Positions 1-8,783 of a stretch of DNA of 37,472 nt are shown piece by piece. This stretch comes from a virus (Duplodnaviria; Heunggongvirae; Uroviricota; Caudoviricetes), in the IMG/VR virus record IMGVR_UViG_2561511241_000010; one strand, given 5' to 3'. A model generated the notes under the pieces. It had not been told where the DNA came from. It made no database searches and saw nothing but the letters and a program-made list of their open reading frames with translations. A program made the translations under genes and the position numbers. How positions within the stretch are numbered: position 1 is the first letter of the stretch; each line of letters opens with the position of its first letter.

Positions 1-483
1 ATGACGAAGAAAAAAGCACATAAACCTGGTTCAGCGACCATCGCGCTTAACAAGCGCGCCCGTCACGAATACTTTATCGAAGAAGAGTTCGAAGCGGGAC
101 TTGCCCTGCAAGGCTGGGAAGTTAAATCCCTGCGCGCAGGAAAAGCCAATATCAGCGACAGCTACGTCCTTCTGCGTGACGGAGAGGCATTTCTGTTTGG
201 CGCTAACATCACGCCAATGGCCGTGGCCTCCACGCATGTGGTGTGCGATCCTACCCGTACCCGCAAGTTACTTCTCAACCAGCGCGAACTGGACTCATTG
301 TACGGTCGCGTCAATCGAGAAGGCTATACCGTAGTGGCGCTCTCCCTGTACTGGAAAAATGCCTGGTGCAAAGTGAAAATCGGCGTCGCCAAAGGTAAGA
401 AACAGCACGATAAACGTTCAGATATCAAAGAGCGCGAATGGCAGGTGGATAAAGCACGTATCATGAAAAACGCCCACCGTTAA
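1..483 (+). CDS. smpB: SsrA-binding protein SmpB
   Basis: 160-aa translation is recognisably enterobacterial SmpB; sits immediately upstream of the tmRNA gene as in the conserved smpB-ssrA arrangement. Confidence 0.93.
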
Positions 484-697
484 ACCTGCACTCCAATTAT
501 TGACCAGTTCCTCACCGCGCCTCCCTCTCCGGCGGCGCGAATGAACATCTTATTGGCTATCACATCCGACACAAATGTTGCCATCCCATTGCTTAATCGA
601 ATAAAAATCAGGCTACATGGGTGCTAAATCTTTAACGATAACGCCATTGAGGCTGGTCATGGCGCTCATAAATCTGGTATACTTACCTTTACACATT

Positions 698-1060
698 GGG
701 GCTGATTCTGGATTCGACGGGATTTGCGAAACCCAAGGTGCATGCCGAGGGGCGGTTGGCCTCGTAAAAAGCCGCAAAAAATAGTCGCAAACGACGAAAA
801 CTACGCTTTAGCAGCTTAATAACCTGCTTAGAGCCCTCTCTCCCTAGCCTCCGCTCTTAGGACGGGGATCAAGAGAGGTCAAACCCAAAAGAGATCGCGT
901 GGAAGCCCTGCCTGGGGTTGAAGCGTTAAAACTTAATCAGGCTAGTTTGTTAGTGGCGTGTCCGTCCGCAGCTGGCAAGCGAATGTAAAGACTGACTAAG
1001 CATGTAGTACCGAGGATGTAGGAATTTCGGACGCGGGTTCAACTCCCGCCAGCTCCACCA
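698..1060 (+). ncRNA. ssrA: tmRNA (transfer-messenger RNA)
   Basis: Starts GGGGCTGATTCTGGATTCGACGGG and ends with tRNA-like GGTTCAACTCCCGCCAGCTCCACCA; internal tag frame 787..819 reads ANDENYALAA then TAA; 363 nt. Confidence 0.95.
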
Positions 1061-1185
1061 CTTTTGATAGGACTGCAACCGGACAGCGGCAATAAAAACA
1101 GCCACTTACGGACACTGACCAGACAGCAGGCAGACCGAGAAAAGACAAAAATATGCACGTGAAATGCACGTGCACTTTAAAAGAA

Positions 1186-1218
1186 CCCCAGATTTCACGG
1201 TCTGGGGTTTTTCTATTT
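1186..1218 (+). terminator. Rho-independent terminator-like hairpin downstream of ssrA
   Basis: CCCCAGA-TTTCACGG-TCTGGGG stem-loop followed by TTTTT. Confidence 0.5.
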
Positions 1219-1272
1219 GTAACTAAGGGTAACAAAAAACCCTCCCCCTTTCGCGTCTCGCTCGCCTTGACA

Positions 1273-1312
1273 CTGTTTATTTTTACAGTAAAAATACTGT
1301 ATACAAACACAG
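1273..1312 (+). promoter_or_regulatory. Two tandem LexA (SOS) boxes in the dinI-like promoter
   Basis: CTGT-N8-ACAG twice: CTGTttatttttACAG (1273..1288) and CTGTatacaaacACAG (1297..1312); TTGACA at 1267..1272 lies just upstream. Confidence 0.7.
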
Positions 1313-1331
1313 TGGTTTTCCGGAGGCTTTT

Positions 1332-1598
1332 ATGTTCGTTGAACTGGTTTATGACAAACGCAATGTAGAGGGGCTCGAAGGGGCCAGAGAAATTATTCTG
1401 GCCGAGCTGACGAAGCGGGTGCACCAGATTTTCCCTGACGCCGAAGTGAAGGTGAAGCCGATGCAAGCGAACGGCTTGAATAGCGATGCCAGCAAAAGTG
1501 ATCGTGAAAAGCTGAACCGCATGCTGGAGGAAATGTTTGATGAATCCGACATGTGGCTTGTGTCTGAGTTTCCGACAGTTCGCCAGGTGGGTATGTGA
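1332..1598 (+). CDS. dinI: DinI-family DNA-damage-inducible protein
   Basis: 88-aa translation has DinI-like character (acidic C-terminus ending DMWLVSEFP); GGAGG ribosome-binding site at 1322..1326; LexA boxes upstream. Confidence 0.75.
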   Translation: MFVELVYDKRNVEGLEGAREIILAELTKRVHQIFPDAEVKVKPMQANGLNSDASKSDREKLNRMLEEMFDESDMWLVSEFPTVRQVGM

Positions 1599-1640
1599 CA
1601 AAATCTGGCAGCCATCAATTATCTGGCTGCCAACATTTAA

Positions 1641-2909
1641 TTACGAACCAGATTCATTCTCCGCAGCTTCCAAAGCTTCTTCCTGTCGTTGATTCCATAC
1701 ACTGTTTTCAGGCATGTCGAGTCGCACATCGATCCAGCTATTGGCAGGAACATCTATAGGAGCCCCTTTCGTTTTAACAATTTCTCCTTCTTCGCTAAGT
1801 ATGTATTTGCGCTTAAAAAGCCGAATCGTCAGCCCACCGCTTTCTGTTTGCTCAGCTTCAACTACACCCAGTTCTCCCATTCCACCTGGGTCCATTGGCG
1901 GCAGCAGCTGCCAGCCTTCTGATGCCAGGCCTGCCGAACCAGTCAGCAAATAGATACCTACATCTAGCCGGGAAATTTTGATTCCCTCTGCCTCAGCATT
2001 AGCCGTACCGCATCCGCACCAGATAAAATCATTTTCATCAATATCTGTGCGCTGATTCTCGTTCTGAGATTTCACGATTCTGGCCACCGGCGAAGCTGCT
2101 TTCAGCGTGCCATCGGAGGCTTTAGTGGTATTTTCAGAAGTGTAAACAACTGAGCCTGGCTTCACAGACAGCATTGTTGAGAATGCATCGGTGCCATTAT
2201 TTCTTCCTGCAATCTGGTAAGAGACGGTACCACCAATCCCTGCGACACCTGCCCTGAAACGAGGAGTTCCGTTAACCATCACCGTATGAGCCCATACACT
2301 ACCAACAGTTGAAAGTCCTTCAACGGTGAAAGCGTAAGGGTTACCAGCGATACCGGCGATATTCAGGGCATTCGTTAACGTTCCTCCGCCAGTACCAAGA
2401 GCACCAAGTGCTGTTAGCGCTTCATTAGCTGTTTTCGCTCCCGTACCGCCCTGAGCGATGCTGAGAGCAGTTGTTAATCCGCTCAGGCTGGTAATGTCGC
2501 TGTTTGCCCCTTTCTTCGCCAGCGATTTCTGAGCCGGTACCGTGACGGCCACGCCGTTAATCGTGATAGTGACATCTGTAGTACCGTTCATCACATCAGC
2601 GAAGCCACTCATGTAACGCTGGTACATCGTGAACGTTTCAGCAATATCCTGTGCCAGGCCGTCAACGCTCAGGCTGTCGCTCAGAAGAATGGCGTATTTG
2701 GTTCCAGCTGGGATAGCAGGGCTTGCCGCTGGCGTAACGGTGAGACTGGTTGCGCTAACGATGGCGGTAATCTGAAAAACCTGCGCTGGACTGGTCATTG
2801 CAATAACTGTGCAGCCGTTGCGGATCAGAGAACCTGCGGCGGTAAAATTAGTACCTGTGCCGGTGATATTGTTACCACTAATAGCAATGGTGCCTGTTGT
2901 GTAAATCAT
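1641..2909 (-). CDS. Tail fibre protein
   Basis: 422 aa, Gly/Thr/Ala-rich repetitive N-terminal region typical of phage fibre shafts; last gene of the tail module; GAGGTAG ribosome-binding site. Confidence 0.6.
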   Translation of the reverse strand: MIYTTGTIAISGNNITGTGTNFTAAGSLIRNGCTVIAMTSPAQVFQITAIVSATSLTVTPAASPAIPAGTKYAILLSDSLSVDGLAQDIAETFTMYQRYMSGFADVMNGTTDVTITINGVAVTVPAQKSLAKKGANSDITSLSGLTTALSIAQGGTGAKTANEALTALGALGTGGGTLTNALNIAGIAGNPYAFTVEGLSTVGSVWAHTVMVNGTPRFRAGVAGIGGTVSYQIAGRNNGTDAFSTMLSVKPGSVVYTSENTTKASDGTLKAASPVARIVKSQNENQRTDIDENDFIWCGCGTANAEAEGIKISRLDVGIYLLTGSAGLASEGWQLLPPMDPGGMGELGVVEAEQTESGGLTIRLFKRKYILSEEGEIVKTKGAPIDVPANSWIDVRLDMPENSVWNQRQEEALEAAENESGS

Positions 2910-3035
2910 GAACTACCTCACGATAATAACGATCGTTAAAAGCGATCAATCATGTAAAATTGATCGCTCATATCAATCTGACTATTTTTTAAAATTAAAT
3001 AAAATGGAAGTTCCCGCATAAACAGGAATGTTGAA

Positions 3036-3398
3036 ATGAAACTTTTATTCGCTGCAGCGTTTTTGCTTGTGGCTGGATGTACGAACAAACACACAGATAA
3101 CGCATTCCAGATGGATTACCCGGTTGATGCCTCTCGTTTATCGCTCGGTGGTGATATTCACGTAAATATCGACTGTGCCACCAAAGAGGTGGAAGTTATT
3201 TCAGACAGTAGCAACGGAATATTCAGCCGCCATATAAAAAAAAGGTTAAGTAATATTTGCTACAATAAACCGGATAAGCTGGATGTCGTTTATCGCTTTA
3301 ATTCAGCAAAGGGCGTGAAACAAGATATGATTGCAACTCATTACCCACGAGTTCCTCCCGTGTCAAATCCCAACAAACTGAGAGATGGGGATTCTTAG
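3036..3398 (+). CDS. Lipoprotein moron, antisense to the tail operon
   Basis: N-terminus MKLLFAAAFLLVAGC is a signal peptide with lipobox; AGGAA ribosome-binding site; AT-rich upstream region; 3' end overlaps the convergent ORF 3363..4004. Confidence 0.6.
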   Translation: MKLLFAAAFLLVAGCTNKHTDNAFQMDYPVDASRLSLGGDIHVNIDCATKEVEVISDSSNGIFSRHIKKRLSNICYNKPDKLDVVYRFNSAKGVKQDMIATHYPRVPPVSNPNKLRDGDS

Positions 3399-4004
3399 CC
3401 CACGCCCCTGAAACGTCTGGCCCCAGTTGCGCTGATTATTTGAAATATATCTGCCCTGCAACTGTGATCCCGTCCACTTCAGCACTATCCCCGAATAACC
3501 GACCACCTCCCCGTCATCGCTGAGATTTCCGGGGCAGTTGTTGACCAGAATCCACGGATTAAAGCTGAGGCTCACCGATAGTGTGTTGTTTTGGAGGTCA
3601 TAGTTCGCTGGCACATCAAAGAAACCGACAACTCGGGGCATTTTTGATGCAGAAACAGCACTCCAGATGAGATTTCCGGCACTGTCGAAGACATCCAGAT
3701 ACCCGCTTTGAATTCCAATGTTACGCGCAGTGCGGATCATGCTCCCCGCGTTATCTTCAAGCAGGTCCGCACCAGGCATCCCGTATCTGTTTGCGCCAAG
3801 CTGCAGCCACCTTAATCTCCCGTCATTCCAGAATGCCTGCGGAGTGAATCCCAGGGTGCTGCCATTCCCAAATGGGCTGTCTACCTGGTAAAAACCTTTG
3901 TTGTTCACTGCGCCGAGCGTACGTTGGTCATAAAAAAGGGTGGACCTGTTTTGCGAGTCCACCAGTAATTTTCCATCGCTGTTGTAAACTTCGAATCCGC
4001 TCAT
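3363..4004 (-). CDS. Hypothetical tail-region protein
   Basis: 213-aa ORF with normal composition, coupled to the upstream ORF (4-nt overlap at 4001..4004). Confidence 0.5.
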   Translation of the reverse strand: MSGFEVYNSDGKLLVDSQNRSTLFYDQRTLGAVNNKGFYQVDSPFGNGSTLGFTPQAFWNDGRLRWLQLGANRYGMPGADLLEDNAGSMIRTARNIGIQSGYLDVFDSAGNLIWSAVSASKMPRVVGFFDVPANYDLQNNTLSVSLSFNPWILVNNCPGNLSDDGEVVGYSGIVLKWTGSQLQGRYISNNQRNWGQTFQGRGLRIPISQFVGI

Positions 4005-4303
4005 TGAAAGTTATACACCTCCACATTGAGTGTGATCGCAGGACTGCCGGTTGAGGGCAAATAGTAAGCTGTAAAACCGCCATTATAGGCGCGGCAGTGG
4101 TATTCGTTGACAGTGACGCCAGTCGACACAATTGAGATGAATGAGCCATCCTGGGTTATCCCGACGAAGGAAACGTTTTTCGACGTTTCCCCCGCAGCGA
4201 ATGTTACTGAGGTGCTTCCGATATACCGGATGGCATAATCACTCAAATCAACCGCTATGCGCCCTGCACTGTCCCAGCATTGCAACCCCTGTGGCATTAC
4301 CAT
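4001..4303 (-). CDS. Hypothetical protein downstream of J
   Basis: 100-aa ORF overlapping the J stop (4297..4303) and the next ORF. Confidence 0.45.
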   Translation of the reverse strand: MVMPQGLQCWDSAGRIAVDLSDYAIRYIGSTSVTFAAGETSKNVSFVGITQDGSFISIVSTGVTVNEYHCRAYNGGFTAYYLPSTGSPAITLNVEVYNFQ

Positions 4304-7300
4304 AACCCCATTCTGACACGCAGTACGTTATTGCTGTCATAGATACGAATGAGAGTGCTGGTTATCAGCATCCTCCCGCCCCCGGCCACGCCGTTAATTT
4401 CGAACGTTCCACTCTTATCAAGCTTCCAGCCTGCAGAACCAGCCACATAGTTATTCGACTGGATATAGTTGCCGATTTTGGCATTGCTGATGGTCCCGTC
4501 ACCGATGACCGTATCCCTGATAATGGTTTGGCCATTCTGGATAACGAACGGGAGCGTAACATTACCGCCTGCCTGGGTCATGACAGCAAAACGGTCAGCC
4601 AGGAACAGAACCTGTGACTGCATGCCCTCTGGCGTATTCTGAACACCAATGCCCATTCCGGCTGCGTACTGGTTGCCATTAGAATCAACAGCTACCTTGA
4701 TGCTGTACATTGCATTCAGGTTGTTATTGATGTCGGCTGATACCTGGCTGTTCTGGACAATATCTGCAGACTGGCCGTTAACCGTGACCTTAAGCGAGTT
4801 AATTTGCGTCGCAGACGCCTGGGTGAAGTCAGCAAGTGTCTTCGACAAGTCAGTGACATTCGCTATGTTTCCACCGGCACTGGAATCTAGGGTACGCAAC
4901 GACTCAGCGACAGCCTTACTGGCTTCGGCCATGACATTGTCGACTCGCTCAATACCGGCTTTATTATCACCATACTGAACGCTCAGAAGGTTGCGCTGGT
5001 TAACCTGTGCGAGCGTGCTGGTTATCAGCGCGATGGCATTGTTTTGAATACCACCGTTGGCCTTATCCGTTCTTGCTGCCAACTCCTCCAGGCGGGACGC
5101 CACTGACGAAGTCGTGTCTGTGACAACCTGCCGCAGCGTGGTGATATCAGCAGTGTTTTGTGAGCTGGCTTGTTCAGCTGCGTCTGCCTTACCTGATGCA
5201 GCATCAGCTTTACTCGAAGCCGAATCAGCTTTATCAGAAATGACCTGAGTACTCGCAGTGAGCTGATCAACAGCAGTTGCCCTTGCCTGAGCTTCATCTG
5301 ACAGAGCCTGCCTTACCTCGGTAATTCCCGCTTCGTTCTGCGCTGTTTTTGCCTCAAGACGGATAACATCCGTTACGCGTGCCTCCGTCTCAGTAGCGAT
5401 AACCTCCCGGAGCTGTTCGAAAGTCGCAGAGTTAGCGCCCTGTTGGGCTGTCTGGCGCACGACAACATCGGCAATAGCCAGCGCGTTGCCGATGATTGCT
5501 TCTGCTGTCTGCTTATTCGAACCTACGGCGGCAGCCAGCCCATCGGCGTTCTCCTTAATTGCTTCAGAAAACTCGGCCAGTTTCTCGCTACTGTCTACAG
5601 CACTTTCAATCAGATCCTTAAATACCTCGGAATCTTTAATCTCCTCCAGGATCGCATCGGTGATATCGGATACATCGATGCTGGCCTGACCGCGCACAAA
5701 GTCTGTATACCCTGATTCGTTGCCGCTGCGGTCCACCAGCTGCGCGCGATACCAGAAAATCTGCCCAGCCTTAAGGCCCATCTGCTGATATTTGCGCTGC
5801 GGGTAAGGCACATCGGCCAGCAGTATCGCATCGTCTTCGGTACCGGTCAGGCTGTACTGAATTTCCGTCTTCAGCGTGTCGTCGGTATTCGCCGGGAATC
5901 CCCAGTTCAGCTCGATACCAAATACAACGTTTTCAGAAGCGATGAAGCCAACCGGCTTCGGTGGGCTGCCCACTTTACCCGTCAGCGTTTTCTCTTCTGA
6001 AGAGCCCCATCCGGAAGAAATTTCTGCGGCATTGATTGCGCGCACGCGCACCAGGTAGCGCCCTGCATAAATCCCCTGGACGTCGAATGATGTGGTGGAG
6101 CTGCGCGGCACGTTAACCCAGTTCCCGTCGTTGCGGCGCCATTGCGCTTCATAGGCGATAGCGTTCTGCGCCTGGTCCCAGCTCACGCGCATGGTCTCAA
6201 CGCTGATATTTTGCTGCACCACGGAAAACGAGCTGATCACGATGTTCGAAGGCGGCGACTGGTTACCCGGCGGGATTACACTCACCGGCCGCTGGTCGAT
6301 GATGGCTCCGGTATCGATGCGGGCATATTTATCCGGGTCGTGCCATGCGCCAGTAATCGAGAAAGTGCCATCATCCTTTTCGGAAACGCTGACAACACGA
6401 TACTGCTGCGCATAGAGCTCGTCAGATTCAACCACCCAAACAGCTTCGGCCTGTGGCGTCTCACTGTATGCCGTGGTGACTGTGACTGATTCCCCGTTTA
6501 CGGCCTGAATGGTCCTGCTCTGCGACACTCCGGATGGTAAGTTGAGAATAAGGCGATCACCTGCTGCTGCATCTGCCACGCGGTCAAGTTTGATAACGCG
6601 ACCGTTAACGGCGCTGATGCGGCCGCCCATAACCTTTCCGGAAAGCAGCTCGTCTGCCACGGCGATGATGTAGCCCGGCTGCGGAATGTTGCCGTCCAGC
6701 CCGACATCAAACGAAACAACACGATCCTTGTTGTTGGTGAGAATACCCCAGCGTCCCTTTCGGTTAGCTTCTGACTGCCTGGTGCAGCCGATGGCTGTCA
6801 TTTCCAGCTGATTGAAGCCGTACCGCGCCACCAGCGCCTGCTCAAATACCGGCTCCATCGCGTCGGCATAAGCGTTCCCCGGATCTGACCATGAAACCAG
6901 TGCTGTGGTGTAGCGGCTTTTCGTGGTGCTGCTCGAATAGGTGAAGCGACCGCCAACAACGTTAGCGCGCGTGTAGCTGTAATCAACATCGCGCGGCATG
7001 TCAGCCAGGGCCACAATCTGATCCCCGCCCCAGTAGGTCATGCCACGGAAGATAGCGGCAAAATCACGCAGGACTGTGTAGGCGTCGTTCCGGTCCTGAA
7101 TGTACACGTTGCAGGTATAACGTGGTTCGGTACCGTTGCCCCCTTTGCCGTCTGGTACCATCTGATCACAATACTGGGCAACCTGATAAAGCGTCCATTT
7201 ATCAATATTCGCAGCGGTCAAACGGTGCCCGAGGCCGAACCGGTCAGAAACAACCAGATCGTAAAAAATCCACGCAGGGTTATCCGTCCATGCCCACTTA

Positions 7301-8121
7301 AACGCACCGGTCCATGTACCGCTATAAGTGCGGGTTTCAGGGTCGTAGGTATCTGGAACGCGGATAACGCGGCCGCGGGGCTCGCAGGAGATCTGAGGGA
7401 TAGAGCCGTTAAACTGGCTGGAATCGAATTCGATGTAGAGTAACGCTGTGTTTGGATATCGTAACTTGGCGTCAATCACCTCAGTGAAGCTCTGCAGCGT
7501 CATCGTGTCGCCGATCTTCGCGCTGTTGGCATCAGAGGTAATCTTAGGCAGACGTATTGTCCAGGTGCTGCCAGCCTGCGGTAAATCAATGCGGTGGCTG
7601 CGCTCATAACCAGACGTCGTTTTGCCGGTCACGCTGGTATTGAGTACCGTCTGCCATGTGCCGCCGTCCGTCTGCAGGTCAATCGCATAATTGACCGAGT
7701 AACCCACCAGATCACCGTCGTCCTCCTGTTTGAAAAGCGAGGGCCATTTCAGACGCAGGCGAACTGCTGAAAGCTGCGTATTGGTAAAGGTGCGCGTCCA
7801 TGCTGTAGCGCTTGATACCTCAGTTCCTACGCTGATTTCGTTTTCGGTACCGGGAATACCCTGAATATATTTTTGGGCCTGCGTTCCCGCGCGAAACTCC
7901 CACGTTACGCCGCTGAAGTTTTGGGAGCCGTCAGCATTCTCCAGGGCTGTTCCGTCCAAATAGATATCTTTGCCGGTTAGCTGCCCTGCAAACTCCCCTT
8001 CGCCAAGCGCAACGAGGATTTTTGCCTTCGCTACAGATTGCAGATCATCAGGCTGTTCGGTAGGGGTTCGTGAACTGGAGCTGCCGCCCTTGCGGCCCTT
8101 TAACACTTTATCTGTAGCCAT
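4297..8121 (-). CDS. J: Host specificity / central tail fibre protein J
   Basis: 1274 aa; N-terminal region resembles lambda gpJ; follows the I-K-L-M order. Confidence 0.9.
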   Translation of the reverse strand: MATDKVLKGRKGGSSSSRTPTEQPDDLQSVAKAKILVALGEGEFAGQLTGKDIYLDGTALENADGSQNFSGVTWEFRAGTQAQKYIQGIPGTENEISVGTEVSSATAWTRTFTNTQLSAVRLRLKWPSLFKQEDDGDLVGYSVNYAIDLQTDGGTWQTVLNTSVTGKTTSGYERSHRIDLPQAGSTWTIRLPKITSDANSAKIGDTMTLQSFTEVIDAKLRYPNTALLYIEFDSSQFNGSIPQISCEPRGRVIRVPDTYDPETRTYSGTWTGAFKWAWTDNPAWIFYDLVVSDRFGLGHRLTAANIDKWTLYQVAQYCDQMVPDGKGGNGTEPRYTCNVYIQDRNDAYTVLRDFAAIFRGMTYWGGDQIVALADMPRDVDYSYTRANVVGGRFTYSSSTTKSRYTTALVSWSDPGNAYADAMEPVFEQALVARYGFNQLEMTAIGCTRQSEANRKGRWGILTNNKDRVVSFDVGLDGNIPQPGYIIAVADELLSGKVMGGRISAVNGRVIKLDRVADAAAGDRLILNLPSGVSQSRTIQAVNGESVTVTTAYSETPQAEAVWVVESDELYAQQYRVVSVSEKDDGTFSITGAWHDPDKYARIDTGAIIDQRPVSVIPPGNQSPPSNIVISSFSVVQQNISVETMRVSWDQAQNAIAYEAQWRRNDGNWVNVPRSSTTSFDVQGIYAGRYLVRVRAINAAEISSGWGSSEEKTLTGKVGSPPKPVGFIASENVVFGIELNWGFPANTDDTLKTEIQYSLTGTEDDAILLADVPYPQRKYQQMGLKAGQIFWYRAQLVDRSGNESGYTDFVRGQASIDVSDITDAILEEIKDSEVFKDLIESAVDSSEKLAEFSEAIKENADGLAAAVGSNKQTAEAIIGNALAIADVVVRQTAQQGANSATFEQLREVIATETEARVTDVIRLEAKTAQNEAGITEVRQALSDEAQARATAVDQLTASTQVISDKADSASSKADAASGKADAAEQASSQNTADITTLRQVVTDTTSSVASRLEELAARTDKANGGIQNNAIALITSTLAQVNQRNLLSVQYGDNKAGIERVDNVMAEASKAVAESLRTLDSSAGGNIANVTDLSKTLADFTQASATQINSLKVTVNGQSADIVQNSQVSADINNNLNAMYSIKVAVDSNGNQYAAGMGIGVQNTPEGMQSQVLFLADRFAVMTQAGGNVTLPFVIQNGQTIIRDTVIGDGTISNAKIGNYIQSNNYVAGSAGWKLDKSGTFEINGVAGGGRMLITSTLIRIYDSNNVLRVRMGLW

Positions 8122-8128
8122 ATTGCGC

Positions 8129-8155
8129 CCATAAAAAAAGCCACCCGAAGGTGGC
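8129..8155 (-). repeat. 27-nt hairpin plus T7 element, copy 1 (between I and J)
   Basis: Minus strand reads GCCACCTTCGGGTGGC-TTTTTTT-ATGG; identical to 8784..8810. Confidence 0.7.
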
Positions 8156-8174
8156 CAGAAAAAAGGTTAGTTAT

Positions 8175-8774
8175 CTACTGCTGATCTTCGACATAAATTC
8201 CGGCAGAAATAATCGCTCCGCCTATCCGCCGGCGGCCATATAGGAGCGGAACTGGATAGCCTTGCGCCGCGGTGTTTGTTACACCACCGAATGCGTAGGA
8301 TGCGCGGTTATCTGCGCTTTGTTTGCTTGCCAGACCTGCAGGTTGAGGAGATAGCATTTGGACAACGCCTCCCAGCATCATGGCTGCACCGAATTTCGCA
8401 GCCCCGTACCCCACCGCTGATAGAGTGCCGCCTGAGAAATAGCCAATGGCTACCCCAACAACGACGAGCACGGCGCCAAGAATTGTCTGTAATACCCCGG
8501 CTTTTTTACTTCCGATTACCACCGGGACAATTCGAATAACTTCACCGGTTACCGGAAAACCAAAATCATCCTTTCCGATATTTTTTTTATCTTTAAAAAC
8601 GGCGTAAGTCAGGCCCCTTGCTTTGCTGGTGATCAGGAATTTCTCCAGCCCGTTTATAGTTTTTGTAAGAGAGTTGATCGCCTCAGCGGTTGTGCGTATT
8701 AATCGATGGTGAACCTTTCCATAGGTTTTACCCAAAACACCGCCAAGCTCAATTCGGGTCATGACCTCTGACAT
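8175..8774 (-). CDS. I: Tail assembly protein I
   Basis: 199 aa with Gly/Ala-rich hydrophobic C-terminal half like lambda gpI; position between K and J. Confidence 0.85.
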   Translation of the reverse strand: MSEVMTRIELGGVLGKTYGKVHHRLIRTTAEAINSLTKTINGLEKFLITSKARGLTYAVFKDKKNIGKDDFGFPVTGEVIRIVPVVIGSKKAGVLQTILGAVLVVVGVAIGYFSGGTLSAVGYGAAKFGAAMMLGGVVQMLSPQPAGLASKQSADNRASYAFGGVTNTAAQGYPVPLLYGRRRIGGAIISAGIYVEDQQ

Positions 8775-8783
8775 TTTCTTTCT

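Noticed and set aside
996-1601. 201-aa minus-strand ORF spanning the ssrA 3' end and the dinI-like gene
   Set aside because: It is antisense to a well-supported tmRNA gene and to the DinI-like gene with its LexA boxes and ribosome-binding site; most likely a chance open frame.
1349-1618. 89-aa ORF antisense to the dinI-like gene
   Set aside because: Fully overlaps the better-supported plus-strand gene; no independent start signals.
1641-2909. Diversity-generating retroelement or invertible tail-fibre segment
   Set aside because: No reverse transcriptase or invertase gene, and no template/variable repeat pair or flanking inverted repeats were seen near the fibre gene.
4365-7475. Numerous short ORFs within or antisense to gene J
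   Set aside because: Nested in the 1274-aa J reading frame; no support as independent genes.
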